Below are positions 44,150 to 53,750 of a stretch of DNA of 64,000 nt, one piece after another. The notes under the pieces are model-generated. The model was not told where the DNA came from, did not search any database, and saw only the letters and a list, made by a program, of their open reading frames with translations. Source of the DNA: Bdellovibrionota bacterium (GTDB lineage: Bacteria > Bdellovibrionota_C > UBA2361 > OMII01); contig JBILEW010000004.1 in the NCBI GenBank assembly GCA_044351885.1, positions 10,155 through 74,154 of the forward strand, read 5' to 3'. A program made the translations under genes and the position numbers. How positions within the stretch are numbered: position 1 is the first letter of the stretch; every line of letters begins with the position of its first letter.

Positions 44150-45061
44150 CTAGGTGTCAAAGCTTTCTTTACACCCTTGGAAGTGCTGGATGACTGTTTC
44201 GAGGAACGAAGAGCCCCCCGTTCCATCGAAGTTCAACGACAGGCCTAATCCTGTGGCGAGGCAGCTTATTTCTTCGGCATCACATGGGTATCCCTGTAGG
44301 CTCCCTATGCCTGAGTGGTGACAGAGCAGCTCTGCGAGTTGCACAGCTGCAATCCTCGCTTCGTGTGCATCGTCGAGCGGGAAATCGATTGGGTCTCTAT
44401 AGTGTAGGATCGCACGTACCACGGAGGGTGGCAGATCCCATTTCTTGGCTACTAGGGCGCCGACATACGTGTGCGTTACGCCGAATACTCGTCGCTCTGC
44501 TTCGAGGAACTCTACCCCAGTCGTACTGATGACATCGAGCACCCGCTCGAACAGAGCTACTCTGGCAGGTTCCGTAAGTAATACCAACTGCCCCAAATTG
44601 TGAAGGAGTCCGAAGATGAAGACTTCACCGGGGCTCTGCATTTTGAGCTTCGTAGCAATCCGATATGCGCACAGCCCGGTAAAGAGCGAGCGTTGCCAGA
44701 TCATCGAACGCAGCTCTTCGTTGGCTGCTGTCAGTCCTTGAAGCATTGAGGCAGCGATGATTCCCTGCAGCCCACGGGTGCCGATCACCATGAATGCTTG
44801 AGATAACGTTGAGATCTGTCTTTGTCTCAAAAAGACAGGTGAGTTAGCTACTCGCAAGATACGAGCGGTCAGGGCAGGGTCCTGACCGATTACCTCTTCC
44901 AGCAGCTCCAACGACACGTGCGGTTGGTTAAGAATCGCCATCGCGCGAGAAGCACATGGTGGAAGTGGCGGTAGGTTGCCGACCCAGGCAACGATCTCCT
45001 TGAGAAGAGCGTAATCCAGTCCTTCGGGGTTCGGTATCAAGTTCAATACAGAATGTTCCAT
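44150..45061 (-). CDS. HDOD domain protein
   Basis: LPPLPPCASRAMAIL...EVIGQDPALTARILRVANSPVF...ISTLSQAFMVIGTRGL...GLLHNLGQLVL. Confidence 0.85.
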   Translation of the reverse strand: MEHSVLNLIPNPEGLDYALLKEIVAWVGNLPPLPPCASRAMAILNQPHVSLELLEEVIGQDPALTARILRVANSPVFLRQRQISTLSQAFMVIGTRGLQGIIAASMLQGLTAANEELRSMIWQRSLFTGLCAYRIATKLKMQSPGEVFIFGLLHNLGQLVLLTEPARVALFERVLDVISTTGVEFLEAERRVFGVTHTYVGALVAKKWDLPPSVVRAILHYRDPIDFPLDDAHEARIAAVQLAELLCHHSGIGSLQGYPCDAEEISCLATGLGLSLNFDGTGGSSFLETVIQHFQGCKESFDT

Positions 45062-45269
45062 GTAGCAGTGTTCAAACAGAGCCCCTGCTCAAAATTATAG
45101 GGCTAATGTACTAAACACTCACTTCGGTCGATCTCCGCCGACGCTGAAGCTTAAAACAGCGATATCTGCCTCTCTTTCTTAAACGCTGTTATGTAGATGG
45201 CGGGTTAGAGCGAGGGGTGTGATTAAAATGCACCGCACTAATTTCAACGCATCTCAACTGTGCAGCCTG

Positions 45270-45884
45270 CTACGTGGAACATGCACGAACAGCGTACTCT
45301 ATATGATGCTGCAAATTCGAAACGCTCAAAGGCTTCACTAGGCACGAGGAGACGCCTAACTGTTTCGCCTCAGTAACGTGCTCAAGTTCGGGTGTATTAG
45401 TCACCAGAATAAATGGCATGTGCTTCGTGTCTGCATTCGCTCGAACGGAGTGTAGCAGGTCGAGACCGGATCCATCCCTAAGATTCAAGTCGCTTATAAT
45501 AACTTGTATGCAGGCCGTGCGCATGATTCGCGCGGCATCGGCAAGGTTGGTCGCGATGAATATCTGTTTTGCGGGTATGCCGATAGACCTCAATATCGTG
45601 TGTGCAACATGGCAACTTGGTATCACATCGTCGACGATGAGGAATGAGAGAAGCTCTAAGTACACATCCAACGGTAGCGCATTCCGTACTGTTGTACCGC
45701 CTTCTTTTGGGGTCGAGATAGCGCGTGCTTCGGAAGCCACAGGTCTGTCGAAGAGAGAGGATCTGTGTTGTGCTGGAGGCTCTGTGGGGTCGCTACTATT
45801 GCTAAGCGCTGACCATGGAAGTGGACAAAATGAGCCCTGAGCTGGCGCGTCTTTTCCTTTGCGCGTTCCTTTTCTTTCGCTCAT
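45270..45884 (-). CDS. response regulator receiver protein with ~85-aa low-complexity N-terminal extension
   Basis: FLIVDDV, VIISDLNLRDGSG and CLVKP. Confidence 0.8.
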   Translation of the reverse strand: MSERKGTRKGKDAPAQGSFCPLPWSALSNSSDPTEPPAQHRSSLFDRPVASEARAISTPKEGGTTVRNALPLDVYLELLSFLIVDDVIPSCHVAHTILRSIGIPAKQIFIATNLADAARIMRTACIQVIISDLNLRDGSGLDLLHSVRANADTKHMPFILVTNTPELEHVTEAKQLGVSSCLVKPLSVSNLQHHIEYAVRACST

Positions 45885-46067
45885 TTACCAACTCCGTATG
45901 CCAACATCAGATGCTTATCGTGTCACCATTATTCTGGCGATATGTTTCTCTCGGGAAGCTCTTGCGAGGGCTTTAGAAAGAGGCGCCCTTTTTTAGCCCT
46001 CTTAACGGTAAAGTTTTTCGGCCGATTGCACGACTATCTCACGGCAGGGGCGTGGGTTGGTCGTTCT

Positions 46068-46895
46068 ATGCAAGGCAAGGGAATGCTTAGACGTAGTGCT
46101 GATTTATTATTGGTAGTCGCTTGGGGCCTCGGTGTGCTCCTGGTATGCGCGGACAGTTACGCTCAAGAGGGCGCCTCGCAGCCCGTGATGTCGGTCGACT
46201 CCGCCGTGGGCTTGGACGCTTCCGCAGACGAGGAACAAGACGAGTTCTTCACACTGACCTCCTCTGTCGGCATATATTCGGCTTACATGTTCCGCAGCCT
46301 CAACTTATACGACGGGCTATCGATTCAGCCGAGCATACAGGGGACCCTCAATTTCGGGGACTATGGTAATCTCTCCCTCATTCATTGGATGCAGCTACCG
46401 GCTCAGGGCGAGCAGTACGCAACTAAGTTTATCGAGATAGACGAGGGCATCGGTTACGACTTTACCTGGGATGCAGTTACATTTTCCTTCGTTCATTATT
46501 GGTATCTCTACCGCAACGGCACCGCTAATACCTATCCAGGATCGCGAGAAGTAACTGCTACTGTGTCGTGGGATGTTTTGCTTCAGCCGTATGTCATGCT
46601 TGCCAACGAGTATCGAGCGTACAAATGTCAGTACTACGAGATCGGTATCAGTCACACCTTTGAAAGCAATGACGAATCAGGCTTGAACCTCACACTCTTT
46701 TCCAATTCGGGATTCACGAGCAATGCCACGCCGTATTGGGAGGGAAATGGGTATGTTCAAAGCACCCTGGGAGCGTCAACAGATATACCTCTTGGTTCCG
46801 TAACGGTTAGCCCGACTCTGTCGTACTCCAACGGTAACGATGGATACACCACGGACCAGTGGTGGGGGGGAATAAATATATCTCTAAGGCTTTGA
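46068..46895 (+). CDS. TorF/Gcw_chp-family putative outer-membrane porin
   Basis: Signal peptide LLLVVAWGLGVLLVCADSYA. SAYMFRSLNLYDGLSIQPSIQG resembles the sdYvfRG...PalQg family signature. I moved the start to ATG 46068. Confidence 0.5.
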   Translation: MQGKGMLRRSADLLLVVAWGLGVLLVCADSYAQEGASQPVMSVDSAVGLDASADEEQDEFFTLTSSVGIYSAYMFRSLNLYDGLSIQPSIQGTLNFGDYGNLSLIHWMQLPAQGEQYATKFIEIDEGIGYDFTWDAVTFSFVHYWYLYRNGTANTYPGSREVTATVSWDVLLQPYVMLANEYRAYKCQYYEIGISHTFESNDESGLNLTLFSNSGFTSNATPYWEGNGYVQSTLGASTDIPLGSVTVSPTLSYSNGNDGYTTDQWWGGINISLRL

Positions 46896-47605
46896 CGAAC
46901 TCGAACTGCTCTTGAGGGTCTTCTTCACGAATCGCTTGTGGGCTAAGTGAACTCCCCCTGAGTAGCTTCGAGGGACGCTTTTGTAAACCAAAGCAGCCTC
47001 CGCCTCAAACGGACGCGCAAAGCTCATGGTGCTAAGAACAATGAGTAGTATCCACAATCGATTCATCATACCTTCATTATAAACATCTTTGCAGTCGACG
47101 TTACTTAATTCTTGTGGTGGAATCCGTGAGGTCAGGCATTTAGCGAGCACGGCCTTTATCGGTTCGGCGTTCCCTGGCGAGCGCAATCGCGCAATGTCTG
47201 CCTTTATCAATTCCCCCCTTTTTACCGACCGCTCGAAAGCGCAGAATATTGGCAAGATCCGGTGCGAATCGGGGTGGGTGGGGTCGGACTCAATGAGGGC
47301 CCGATTACTTTAGCGCTCATGTTGCCGGAATATGCCGGAAGAATAGGGGTGAAGGACCCGGATTTCGAAGTGCGCATCCTTTCGGAGAGGGGAGTGTGCT
47401 CACACAGCTTCAGCAGGACGGATTCTATCCAGTTCTCTACGACGCAGCCGACGTGCGTGCCGATCTGCCGGGAGTTTCGAAATCTCACTTTCAGTCATGT
47501 ATTCGCCCGACCACTCCGCTAAAATGTGTGCGGCACTGAGCGATTGGGAGCAACCTAATTGATTTCTCGAGATAGTCTCTGATACCGTCTTCGAAGTGAG
47601 AACGA

Positions 47606-49021
47606 ATGAACACTACGATGTGGATACCCCTCCTTCTAGCCGCATTACATCTCCTTGGTCTGACGACCGCTTTCCATGCGCTTGCGTATTCTCGCAGCTC
47701 GCAGGGCGCCATTGCATGGTGTCTTTCGCTCTTCATGTTTCCCTATCTTGCTCTCCCGGCGTACTTCGTCTTCGGTAAAAGTCACTTCCGAGGCTATCGT
47801 GAGAAGATCTCGGCGATGATAGCAGCGCACCAGGCTGCTCACGCGATGTACCTGTCGCACCTGCGCGAGCACAGAGCTCATAGTGGTGATGTGTCTGAGC
47901 CTTTGGAGCACATCGCTCATGCTCACTTCTTAATGGGGAACAGAGTGACGTTGCTCGTCGACGGTCGTGCCACGTTCGACGCGTTGTTTGAGGCGATAGA
48001 TACTGCACAACGCTTCATTTTGGTGGAGTTCTTCATCATCAAGGACGACGAGCTCGGCCGTACATTGCGAAACAAACTGATCGCAAAAGCGAAACAGGGG
48101 TGCGCTGTGTACGTACTGTATGATGAAGTCGGTAGTAACAAGTTGAACAGGGCATATACCAAGCCTCTGACAGATGCTGGCGCACGCGTATCTTGCTTCA
48201 ACACTCGACAGGGGATTCGCAACTTCTTTCAGTTCAACTTCCGTAATCACCGAAAAATTGTTGTAATTGATGGCACGCAAGCCTTCGTTGGAGGACACAA
48301 TGTAGGTGACGAGTATGTAGGTAAATCGCCGAAGTTCTCCGCTTGGAGAGATACTCACATCAAGGTGGAGGGCCCGGCGGTGCTACCGCTGCAGGCGATA
48401 TTTTTGGCCGACTGGGCATGGGCAACCGGTTGTGCTCCCGAGGCTGATCTCATAGAACCTGTGTCGAGAGGAGAAAGTAGTATTCTAGTGCTCCCATCCG
48501 GCCCTGCCGATCCTCACGATAGGTGCACTCTCCTGTTTCTCGAGGCTATCACTCGCGCCAAAAAGCGGGTGTGGATAGCGAGCCCGTATTTCGTACCTGA
48601 TGAGTCTCTCGTGAAGGCGTTACAGTTGGCGGCTCTGCGTGGTATCGATGTGCGTATAATGCTTCCCGAAAAGGCGGATCACCTCTTAGTATGGTTGGCC
48701 TCGTTCTCGTATGTGCCAGAGGTTACAGCGGTCGGTGTGAGAGTATTTCGTTACGCTGCCGGCTTTCTGCATCAGAAGGTGTTCGTCGTAGACGATGATA
48801 TCAGCGCTGTCGGGACGGCGAATCTCGACAATCGCTCGCTGAGGCTCAACTTCGAGGTCACCGCCGTAATTAGTGATTCGGAATTTACGCGTGAGATGAT
48901 AGCGATGCTGGAAGATGATTTCGCACAGTGCAAGGATGATAGCAGCTTGAAGTTCTCCGATCTGTCGCTCGCTAAACAGATCGGCTCCAAGGCGGCTCGA
49001 CTTTTTTCTCCAATACTGTAG
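47606..49021 (+). CDS. cls: cardiolipin synthase (PLD superfamily)
   Basis: Two HKD motifs, HRKIVVIDGTQAFVGGHNVGDEY and HQKVFVVDDDISAVGTANLDNRS. Two N-terminal TM helices. Confidence 0.9.
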   Translation: MNTTMWIPLLLAALHLLGLTTAFHALAYSRSSQGAIAWCLSLFMFPYLALPAYFVFGKSHFRGYREKISAMIAAHQAAHAMYLSHLREHRAHSGDVSEPLEHIAHAHFLMGNRVTLLVDGRATFDALFEAIDTAQRFILVEFFIIKDDELGRTLRNKLIAKAKQGCAVYVLYDEVGSNKLNRAYTKPLTDAGARVSCFNTRQGIRNFFQFNFRNHRKIVVIDGTQAFVGGHNVGDEYVGKSPKFSAWRDTHIKVEGPAVLPLQAIFLADWAWATGCAPEADLIEPVSRGESSILVLPSGPADPHDRCTLLFLEAITRAKKRVWIASPYFVPDESLVKALQLAALRGIDVRIMLPEKADHLLVWLASFSYVPEVTAVGVRVFRYAAGFLHQKVFVVDDDISAVGTANLDNRSLRLNFEVTAVISDSEFTREMIAMLEDDFAQCKDDSSLKFSDLSLAKQIGSKAARLFSPIL

Positions 49022-49030
49022 AGGAATTAT

Positions 49031-49435
49031 ATGTCGCGACGTGGTAAGGGTGAGGACGAGGAACGAGAAGTTCGCTTAGATAAGTGGTTGTGGGCAGCGC
49101 GGTTCTTCAAAACCCGAGCATTAGCCCACGAAGCGATCGATGCAGGCCGGGTTTCCGTCGATGGGGCGCGAGCTAAGCCCAGTCGCACGGTCGCGGTAGG
49201 ACAGGAATTGCGTATCGCCAGCCCGCGAGGGGAATTCACAGTCATAGTGGAGCAGGTGTCTGCACAGAGAGGCTCAGCGAGCGTTGCCGCTACCTTTTTC
49301 AAGGAAACTGACGAGAGCAAAGTACGTCGGATGGAGCTAGCCGAAATGCACCGATTGTCGCGTGTCTTTGCTCCGGATGAGAAGCCGAATACTCAAGATC
49401 GCCGACTCCTGCGACGGCTCAAAGAGGGGAGTTGA
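49031..49435 (+). CDS. hslR: S4-domain ribosome-associated heat-shock protein Hsp15
   Basis: VRLDKWLWAARFFKTRALAHEAIDAGRVSVDG. Confidence 0.8.
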   Translation: MSRRGKGEDEEREVRLDKWLWAARFFKTRALAHEAIDAGRVSVDGARAKPSRTVAVGQELRIASPRGEFTVIVEQVSAQRGSASVAATFFKETDESKVRRMELAEMHRLSRVFAPDEKPNTQDRRLLRRLKEGS

Positions 49436-49446
49436 AGAAGAGACCA

Positions 49447-50232
49447 TCAGCGATACGGCTCCCACTCCGGCTCATTGGCAAAGACCCAGCGATAGTAGTC
49501 TTTGAGCTGTAGCCGATCGGCGGCGGCCTCATCGACGATCACGGTGCACTTCTTGTGCATCTGTAAGGCGCTTGCAGTAACCACCGATTGGATTGGGCCC
49601 TCGACCGCCTTGTGTAGGATCTCCGCTTTTGATGCTCCCGTGGCTAGCATAATGCACCAGCGGCTATCCAGAATTGTACCTACACCCATAGTTACCGCTC
49701 GGGAAGGGACGTGCTCGGCACCTCCGAAAAAGGCCGCATTCTGCTCCCGTGTTTCGGGCGTGAGAGACTTCGTCCGCGTTCGGGACGACAGCGACGAGAG
49801 GGGCTCGTTAAAGGCCAGATGTCCATTCAGGCCGATACCAAGAAGCTGAAGATCTATTCCACCAGCGTCGACGATCGCCTGTTCGTACCTTGCGCACTCT
49901 GCCTCGAGATCTGGGGCCATCCCATCCGGTAGGAAGGTTCTTTTCGCAGGTATATTGATGTGGTCGAAGAGTCCTCGTTGCATGGTGCTGCGGTAGGATT
50001 GTGGGTGACTCGCTGGTATGCCTATGTACTCATCGAGATTGAAGGTGGTCACCCGCGAGAAGTCGAGATTCTCGGAACGGTGTAATTCGCAAAGACGCTG
50101 GTAGACCAGCTCTGGTGTTCGCCCTGTAGCTAGCCCCAGCACGGACGAAGGTTTCTTGCGAACAGTGTCGGCTATGAGCCGTGCTACGAGGTCGCTAGCG
50201 TGTTGCGTAGTTGGACAGATGATTACTTCCAT
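49447..50232 (-). CDS. nagB: glucosamine-6-phosphate deaminase
   Basis: LGLATGRTP, FNLDEYIG and LLGIGLNGHLAFNEP. Confidence 0.9.
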   Translation of the reverse strand: MEVIICPTTQHASDLVARLIADTVRKKPSSVLGLATGRTPELVYQRLCELHRSENLDFSRVTTFNLDEYIGIPASHPQSYRSTMQRGLFDHINIPAKRTFLPDGMAPDLEAECARYEQAIVDAGGIDLQLLGIGLNGHLAFNEPLSSLSSRTRTKSLTPETREQNAAFFGGAEHVPSRAVTMGVGTILDSRWCIMLATGASKAEILHKAVEGPIQSVVTASALQMHKKCTVIVDEAAADRLQLKDYYRWVFANEPEWEPYR

Positions 50233-50249
50233 GTCTTCCTCAGGTTAGA

Positions 50250-51167
50250 TTACGGGATCTCAAGGTATCTTCGGTTCAAAAACGGAGCAAGCTGGCGCTC
50301 TCTGCTGGAGAGGCGGAACTCGACCTCCCGAAACAGTTCGAACGGTCCCTCCTGCTCCATCGTCTCCACCAACGTAGCGATCTGTCCCTGGGATTTGAAT
50401 GCCATGATGGATTGCATCTTGGCGCAAAAATGTTCGTCGGTGCCTCGGTAGAGGATGTTCGGAGCCTCACCAGGCGCAAAATCACAGTAGATCGCGAATT
50501 GGTAGCAGAATGGGAGGTGACGTATCGGGTCTCCGCATTCCGGCCAGATGGACCCCTGAGCATGAAATATCGAGATGAAGATCTGCTCGCAGGTAACGAC
50601 GTGATCGTTGTGATAGTCGCTGCTTGCAGGGAAGAAAAGTCTCGTGATCGGGGCACGTGTGCCAGCATAGGAGATGCCTTTGCGAAGTACCCTGACGAAG
50701 GCGTCCTCGAGGCCGGTGAAGCCATCAGGTGACGAAGGATCTCCGGCGATAGCGGGGCGCTTCCCGCGATAGCGCTCGAGATCTCCATCCGGAAATCCGA
50801 GCCAGTGCACTTGCGATGGATCGATGCCAAGAATGCGACAGGATTCCAGGGTCTCTCGGCGTCGAATGTCAGTAATGGTTTCGCGCTCTTCAAGGGTGGT
50901 GTATCCGAGACGTCCGTCCGTCACGATCACGAGGTTCAATGGTACCTCTGCTTCGACAAAATGTCGAAGCAGCATGCCCATGCCTACTACTGCGTCATCG
51001 TCGTGGGGGACGATGACAAGCACACCCTCGTGGCCTGCCTTCCATTCGGTCAGAACTTGGGTGGCCTCGTCGCTGAATGTACTCTCGTCTGACGGCTCGC
51101 TCGGGAGTCGATAGAAGCCGCTGAAGATGCTCTCTTTGCTGAGAACGTTACGGTGTGCCATCTGCAT
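50250..51167 (-). CDS. PIG-L/LmbE-family N-acetylglucosaminyl deacetylase
   Basis: VIVPHDDDAVVGMG (PHPDD-type motif) and SDYHNDH (HxDH zinc motif). Confidence 0.7.
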   Translation of the reverse strand: MQMAHRNVLSKESIFSGFYRLPSEPSDESTFSDEATQVLTEWKAGHEGVLVIVPHDDDAVVGMGMLLRHFVEAEVPLNLVIVTDGRLGYTTLEERETITDIRRRETLESCRILGIDPSQVHWLGFPDGDLERYRGKRPAIAGDPSSPDGFTGLEDAFVRVLRKGISYAGTRAPITRLFFPASSDYHNDHVVTCEQIFISIFHAQGSIWPECGDPIRHLPFCYQFAIYCDFAPGEAPNILYRGTDEHFCAKMQSIMAFKSQGQIATLVETMEQEGPFELFREVEFRLSSRERQLAPFLNRRYLEIP

Positions 51168-52566
51168 GCTCCGTGAGGTTGGGTTTTCGATATTCGCGAA
51201 GTGCTCGAGCGAGACCTACCATCGGCACTGTTATTTCGGCACCACCAGCCAATTTTATCGGTTTCACTAAGTGGAGGGAGAAGGTGGAGACGTCCTGCAT
51301 GAGGTATTTCAGGTGCGCTTCAATCGACGTAAAGTAGCCCACGAAATGGCGAGCCATCGAGCTGTCCAGGGAGATGGTCGGCGCAAGGTTGCCGCGTTTG
51401 ATCTGGGAGCAGACCGAGAGATAGATAATTGTTGCCGCAAGCGCTCCCGCGCGGTGCACCAGAGCGCCGACAAGGGCGGTAAGAGTTTCGATCGCTGAAT
51501 GGTCGTAGTTTGCGAATTCGGTTGGAATAACTTTGTTGTCACTAAGCAGCGCGCTCAAAGAGGAGTTGGTAAAAGATAGAGTGCCCTGCCTAATAGCGGC
51601 TCGTATGGGAAGCAGGGCACGCCCCTCAGGGACTTCCGTGAGGGCTTCGATATGACTGATGCAGAGGTCCCTGAACCATGCTCCGCCGCACAGCTCTTCG
51701 ATGGCAATCGAGGCACTTTCTCTGGAGGTGCTGTAGATTCGATCGCCTCTCGAAAGCATAGAATCAGGTAGCAACAACATCCCACCTAATTCGGAGTTGT
51801 AAATCGTATACTCACCACCAACGCCAGCTCCGACCAGGGTGCAGTTCGCTCCAGAAGAGACCACCACACCTGCGTGAGAGCATGGCTGTGCAAAGAGCGT
51901 GAAAACTGTATCGTTCCCGATAACCAAGACATCAGCGTTGATACCCGATGAGTCGAGGGCATGCTGAAATTCTTGGCCTATATCGTGGCCGTCGTGTAGG
52001 CCTTCGAGGAACCACTCTCCCTTCCTGTACCCGCCGCCGTGCAGACCGCACACGATACCCGTGATTCCCGAGAGTTCAGGCGTCACGAGAGGACGAGTCC
52101 TGATCTGATTTGACCAGATCACCCCGACCCTCACTGGCACAGGGTTTCTCACGAGAGTTGGCGCGGCCTCGGCAATCTGGCAAAGGAGGGTGTCTAGGAA
52201 TGCTCTTAGTGCTAGCCCGTCATGAGGCCCTGCGGGTCGGAACGATTCGTTAGGATCGTCGAAGAGGAATTCGAATTCGTTTCCTTCATGGGTAAGCGCG
52301 ACCTTTGTGTGGGTTCCCCCTATGTCTATCAAAAGTATCGTGGAGGGGCCTTCCGTCTGATGCCGATCCATCAACGCAAGGCCTGAGCTGTCCCATGCAC
52401 AACGTGGTTCTCCACATCCACGAGCGGCATTCGCTATCATCATCGTGCCCGTCGCGACGAGAGAGGCGAGAGCCTCTGGCCGGATGCTTAGTTCGAGGAT
52501 CTCAGAGAGCTGTCGAATGTGTGAGATACTAGTTCGCGGGTCCATGTGATGTCCCGTTTTTACCAT
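51148..52566 (-). CDS. hexokinase-family sugar kinase
   Basis: LLIDIGGTHTKVAL (phosphate-1), VIGNDTVFTLFA (NDTVGTL-like) and VVVSSGANCTLV. I trimmed the start to ATG 52566, because the track's N-terminal extension overlaps a credible plus-strand gene. Confidence 0.6.
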   Translation of the reverse strand: MVKTGHHMDPRTSISHIRQLSEILELSIRPEALASLVATGTMMIANAARGCGEPRCAWDSSGLALMDRHQTEGPSTILLIDIGGTHTKVALTHEGNEFEFLFDDPNESFRPAGPHDGLALRAFLDTLLCQIAEAAPTLVRNPVPVRVGVIWSNQIRTRPLVTPELSGITGIVCGLHGGGYRKGEWFLEGLHDGHDIGQEFQHALDSSGINADVLVIGNDTVFTLFAQPCSHAGVVVSSGANCTLVGAGVGGEYTIYNSELGGMLLLPDSMLSRGDRIYSTSRESASIAIEELCGGAWFRDLCISHIEALTEVPEGRALLPIRAAIRQGTLSFTNSSLSALLSDNKVIPTEFANYDHSAIETLTALVGALVHRAGALAATIIYLSVCSQIKRGNLAPTISLDSSMARHFVGYFTSIEAHLKYLMQDVSTFSLHLVKPIKLAGGAEITVPMVGLARALREYRKPNLTEHADGTP

Positions 52567-52705
52567 GATTTCTTGGCTAAACAAGGGTTCTTGGAAGGTG
52601 GTGCGGGCCTCGACGGCCCGCAGGGCTTTCTTTCCCCTGTTTCGAGCTATCTGTTCGTTGTAGAATTCCGTAGCCGATAACTGTATCTGACGATGGAGGC
52701 ATGCG

Positions 52706-53068
52706 ATGTCGATGATAACGACGGCCTTGCAAGTAGTGATCTCGCTGGGGCTTTTGAATGTATGGCTTATTCGGCCCAAGCTTGAGACTGCATATCGTGG
52801 TGGTGAGGCGAAGACCCTCTTCGATGAGTTCCGAGTGTACGGACTCCCCGCGTGGAGTTTCTTCGTAGTAGGAGCTTTGAAGATAGCTTTTGCAATTCTT
52901 CTCATACTAGGCGTGTGGTTGTCGCCACTTACGGATCCTGCAGCGATAGGAATAGCGATTCTCATGGCGGCAGCAGTGCTGATGCATGCAAAGGTCCGCG
53001 ATCCTGTGCGCAAAGCGGTCCCTGCCGCGGTTACGCTCGTTTGTGCCTTGGTAGTGGTGCTAGCCTGA
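52706..53068 (+). CDS. DoxX-like small membrane protein
   Basis: 120 aa with four TM helices. LMAAAVLMHAKVRDP fits the DoxX-like pattern. Confidence 0.55.
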   Translation: MSMITTALQVVISLGLLNVWLIRPKLETAYRGGEAKTLFDEFRVYGLPAWSFFVVGALKIAFAILLILGVWLSPLTDPAAIGIAILMAAAVLMHAKVRDPVRKAVPAAVTLVCALVVVLA

Positions 53069-53086
53069 TCGTGTTCACCGCTAAGT

Positions 53087-53656
53087 TTGAGGTGGAGATA
53101 CGTGGTCGCTAATTTGTCCGATATCCAGAGGGAGATTCTCGGCATCCTCAGCATGAATGGGGGGGCTCACCCTGGAGCAGCTATCGCGGCAGTTGAAGCT
53201 CAAGCCTCACAATGTGAGGTACCAACTCAAACTATTGTTGGAGGATGGTCGAGCCTCGCGAGGAGTCCTCATAAATCAGAGAGCGTTGGGATATCAAGCC
53301 TTCAACATCTTCTTCGATGTAGCGCGCACCAAGACTTCAAAGGTTTTGGATTTCGCGCGTAGAAGATCCGAAAATCCAACGGCGACTTTCTCCAGGGGCA
53401 GCTGATCCTGAGCTTGAAAGCACGTTCGACGGAGAACGAAGCTCGTGTCCTAGGATTGTGTTCAACTAATCTACACGTAGAAGCGCTCATTAGTGGAATT
53501 GGCACATGGGATTTCAAGATAGTTTTTCAAGGTGAAAGTATGCGCCATCTCATCGATGTGCAGAACAGCTTGCTTTCTGACCTGGGAAATATCGTCGACA
53601 GAAGTGAAACCTTCACACGTGACAAAGTTTTGTGGGTCGCGCCTGGGATCCCTTGA
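53087..53656 (+). pseudogene. Lrp/AsnC-family regulator disrupted by two frame changes
   Basis: The HTH begins in one frame (LSDIQREILGILSMNGG). It continues in another after a G7 run at 53159-53165 (LTLEQLSRQLKLKPHNVRYQLKLLLEDG...LGYQAFNIFFDV). The C-terminal ligand-domain-like part (GTWDFKIVFQGESMRHLIDVQNSLL) is back in the first frame from about 53363. Confidence 0.5.
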
Positions 53657-53750
53657 GCGAAGCCGCATGATTCTCGAACCCTCGTAGCCTTGCATGGTGC
53701 GAGGGGATGGTTGGCGGGGAGTGGTGACTAAGGAAGCGGCTACTAATCGA

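Noticed and set aside
46884-47255. 123-aa minus-strand ORF, which could be a 62-aa secreted peptide starting at Met 47069.
   Set aside because: It has a signal-peptide-like start, but no RBS or motif support, and its 3' end overlaps the porin gene. Evidence is insufficient to list it as a feature.
52567-53154. 196-aa N-terminal extension of the sugar-kinase ORF.
   Set aside because: It is low-complexity and overlaps the credible plus-strand DoxX-like gene (52706-53068). The kinase motifs begin after Met 52566.
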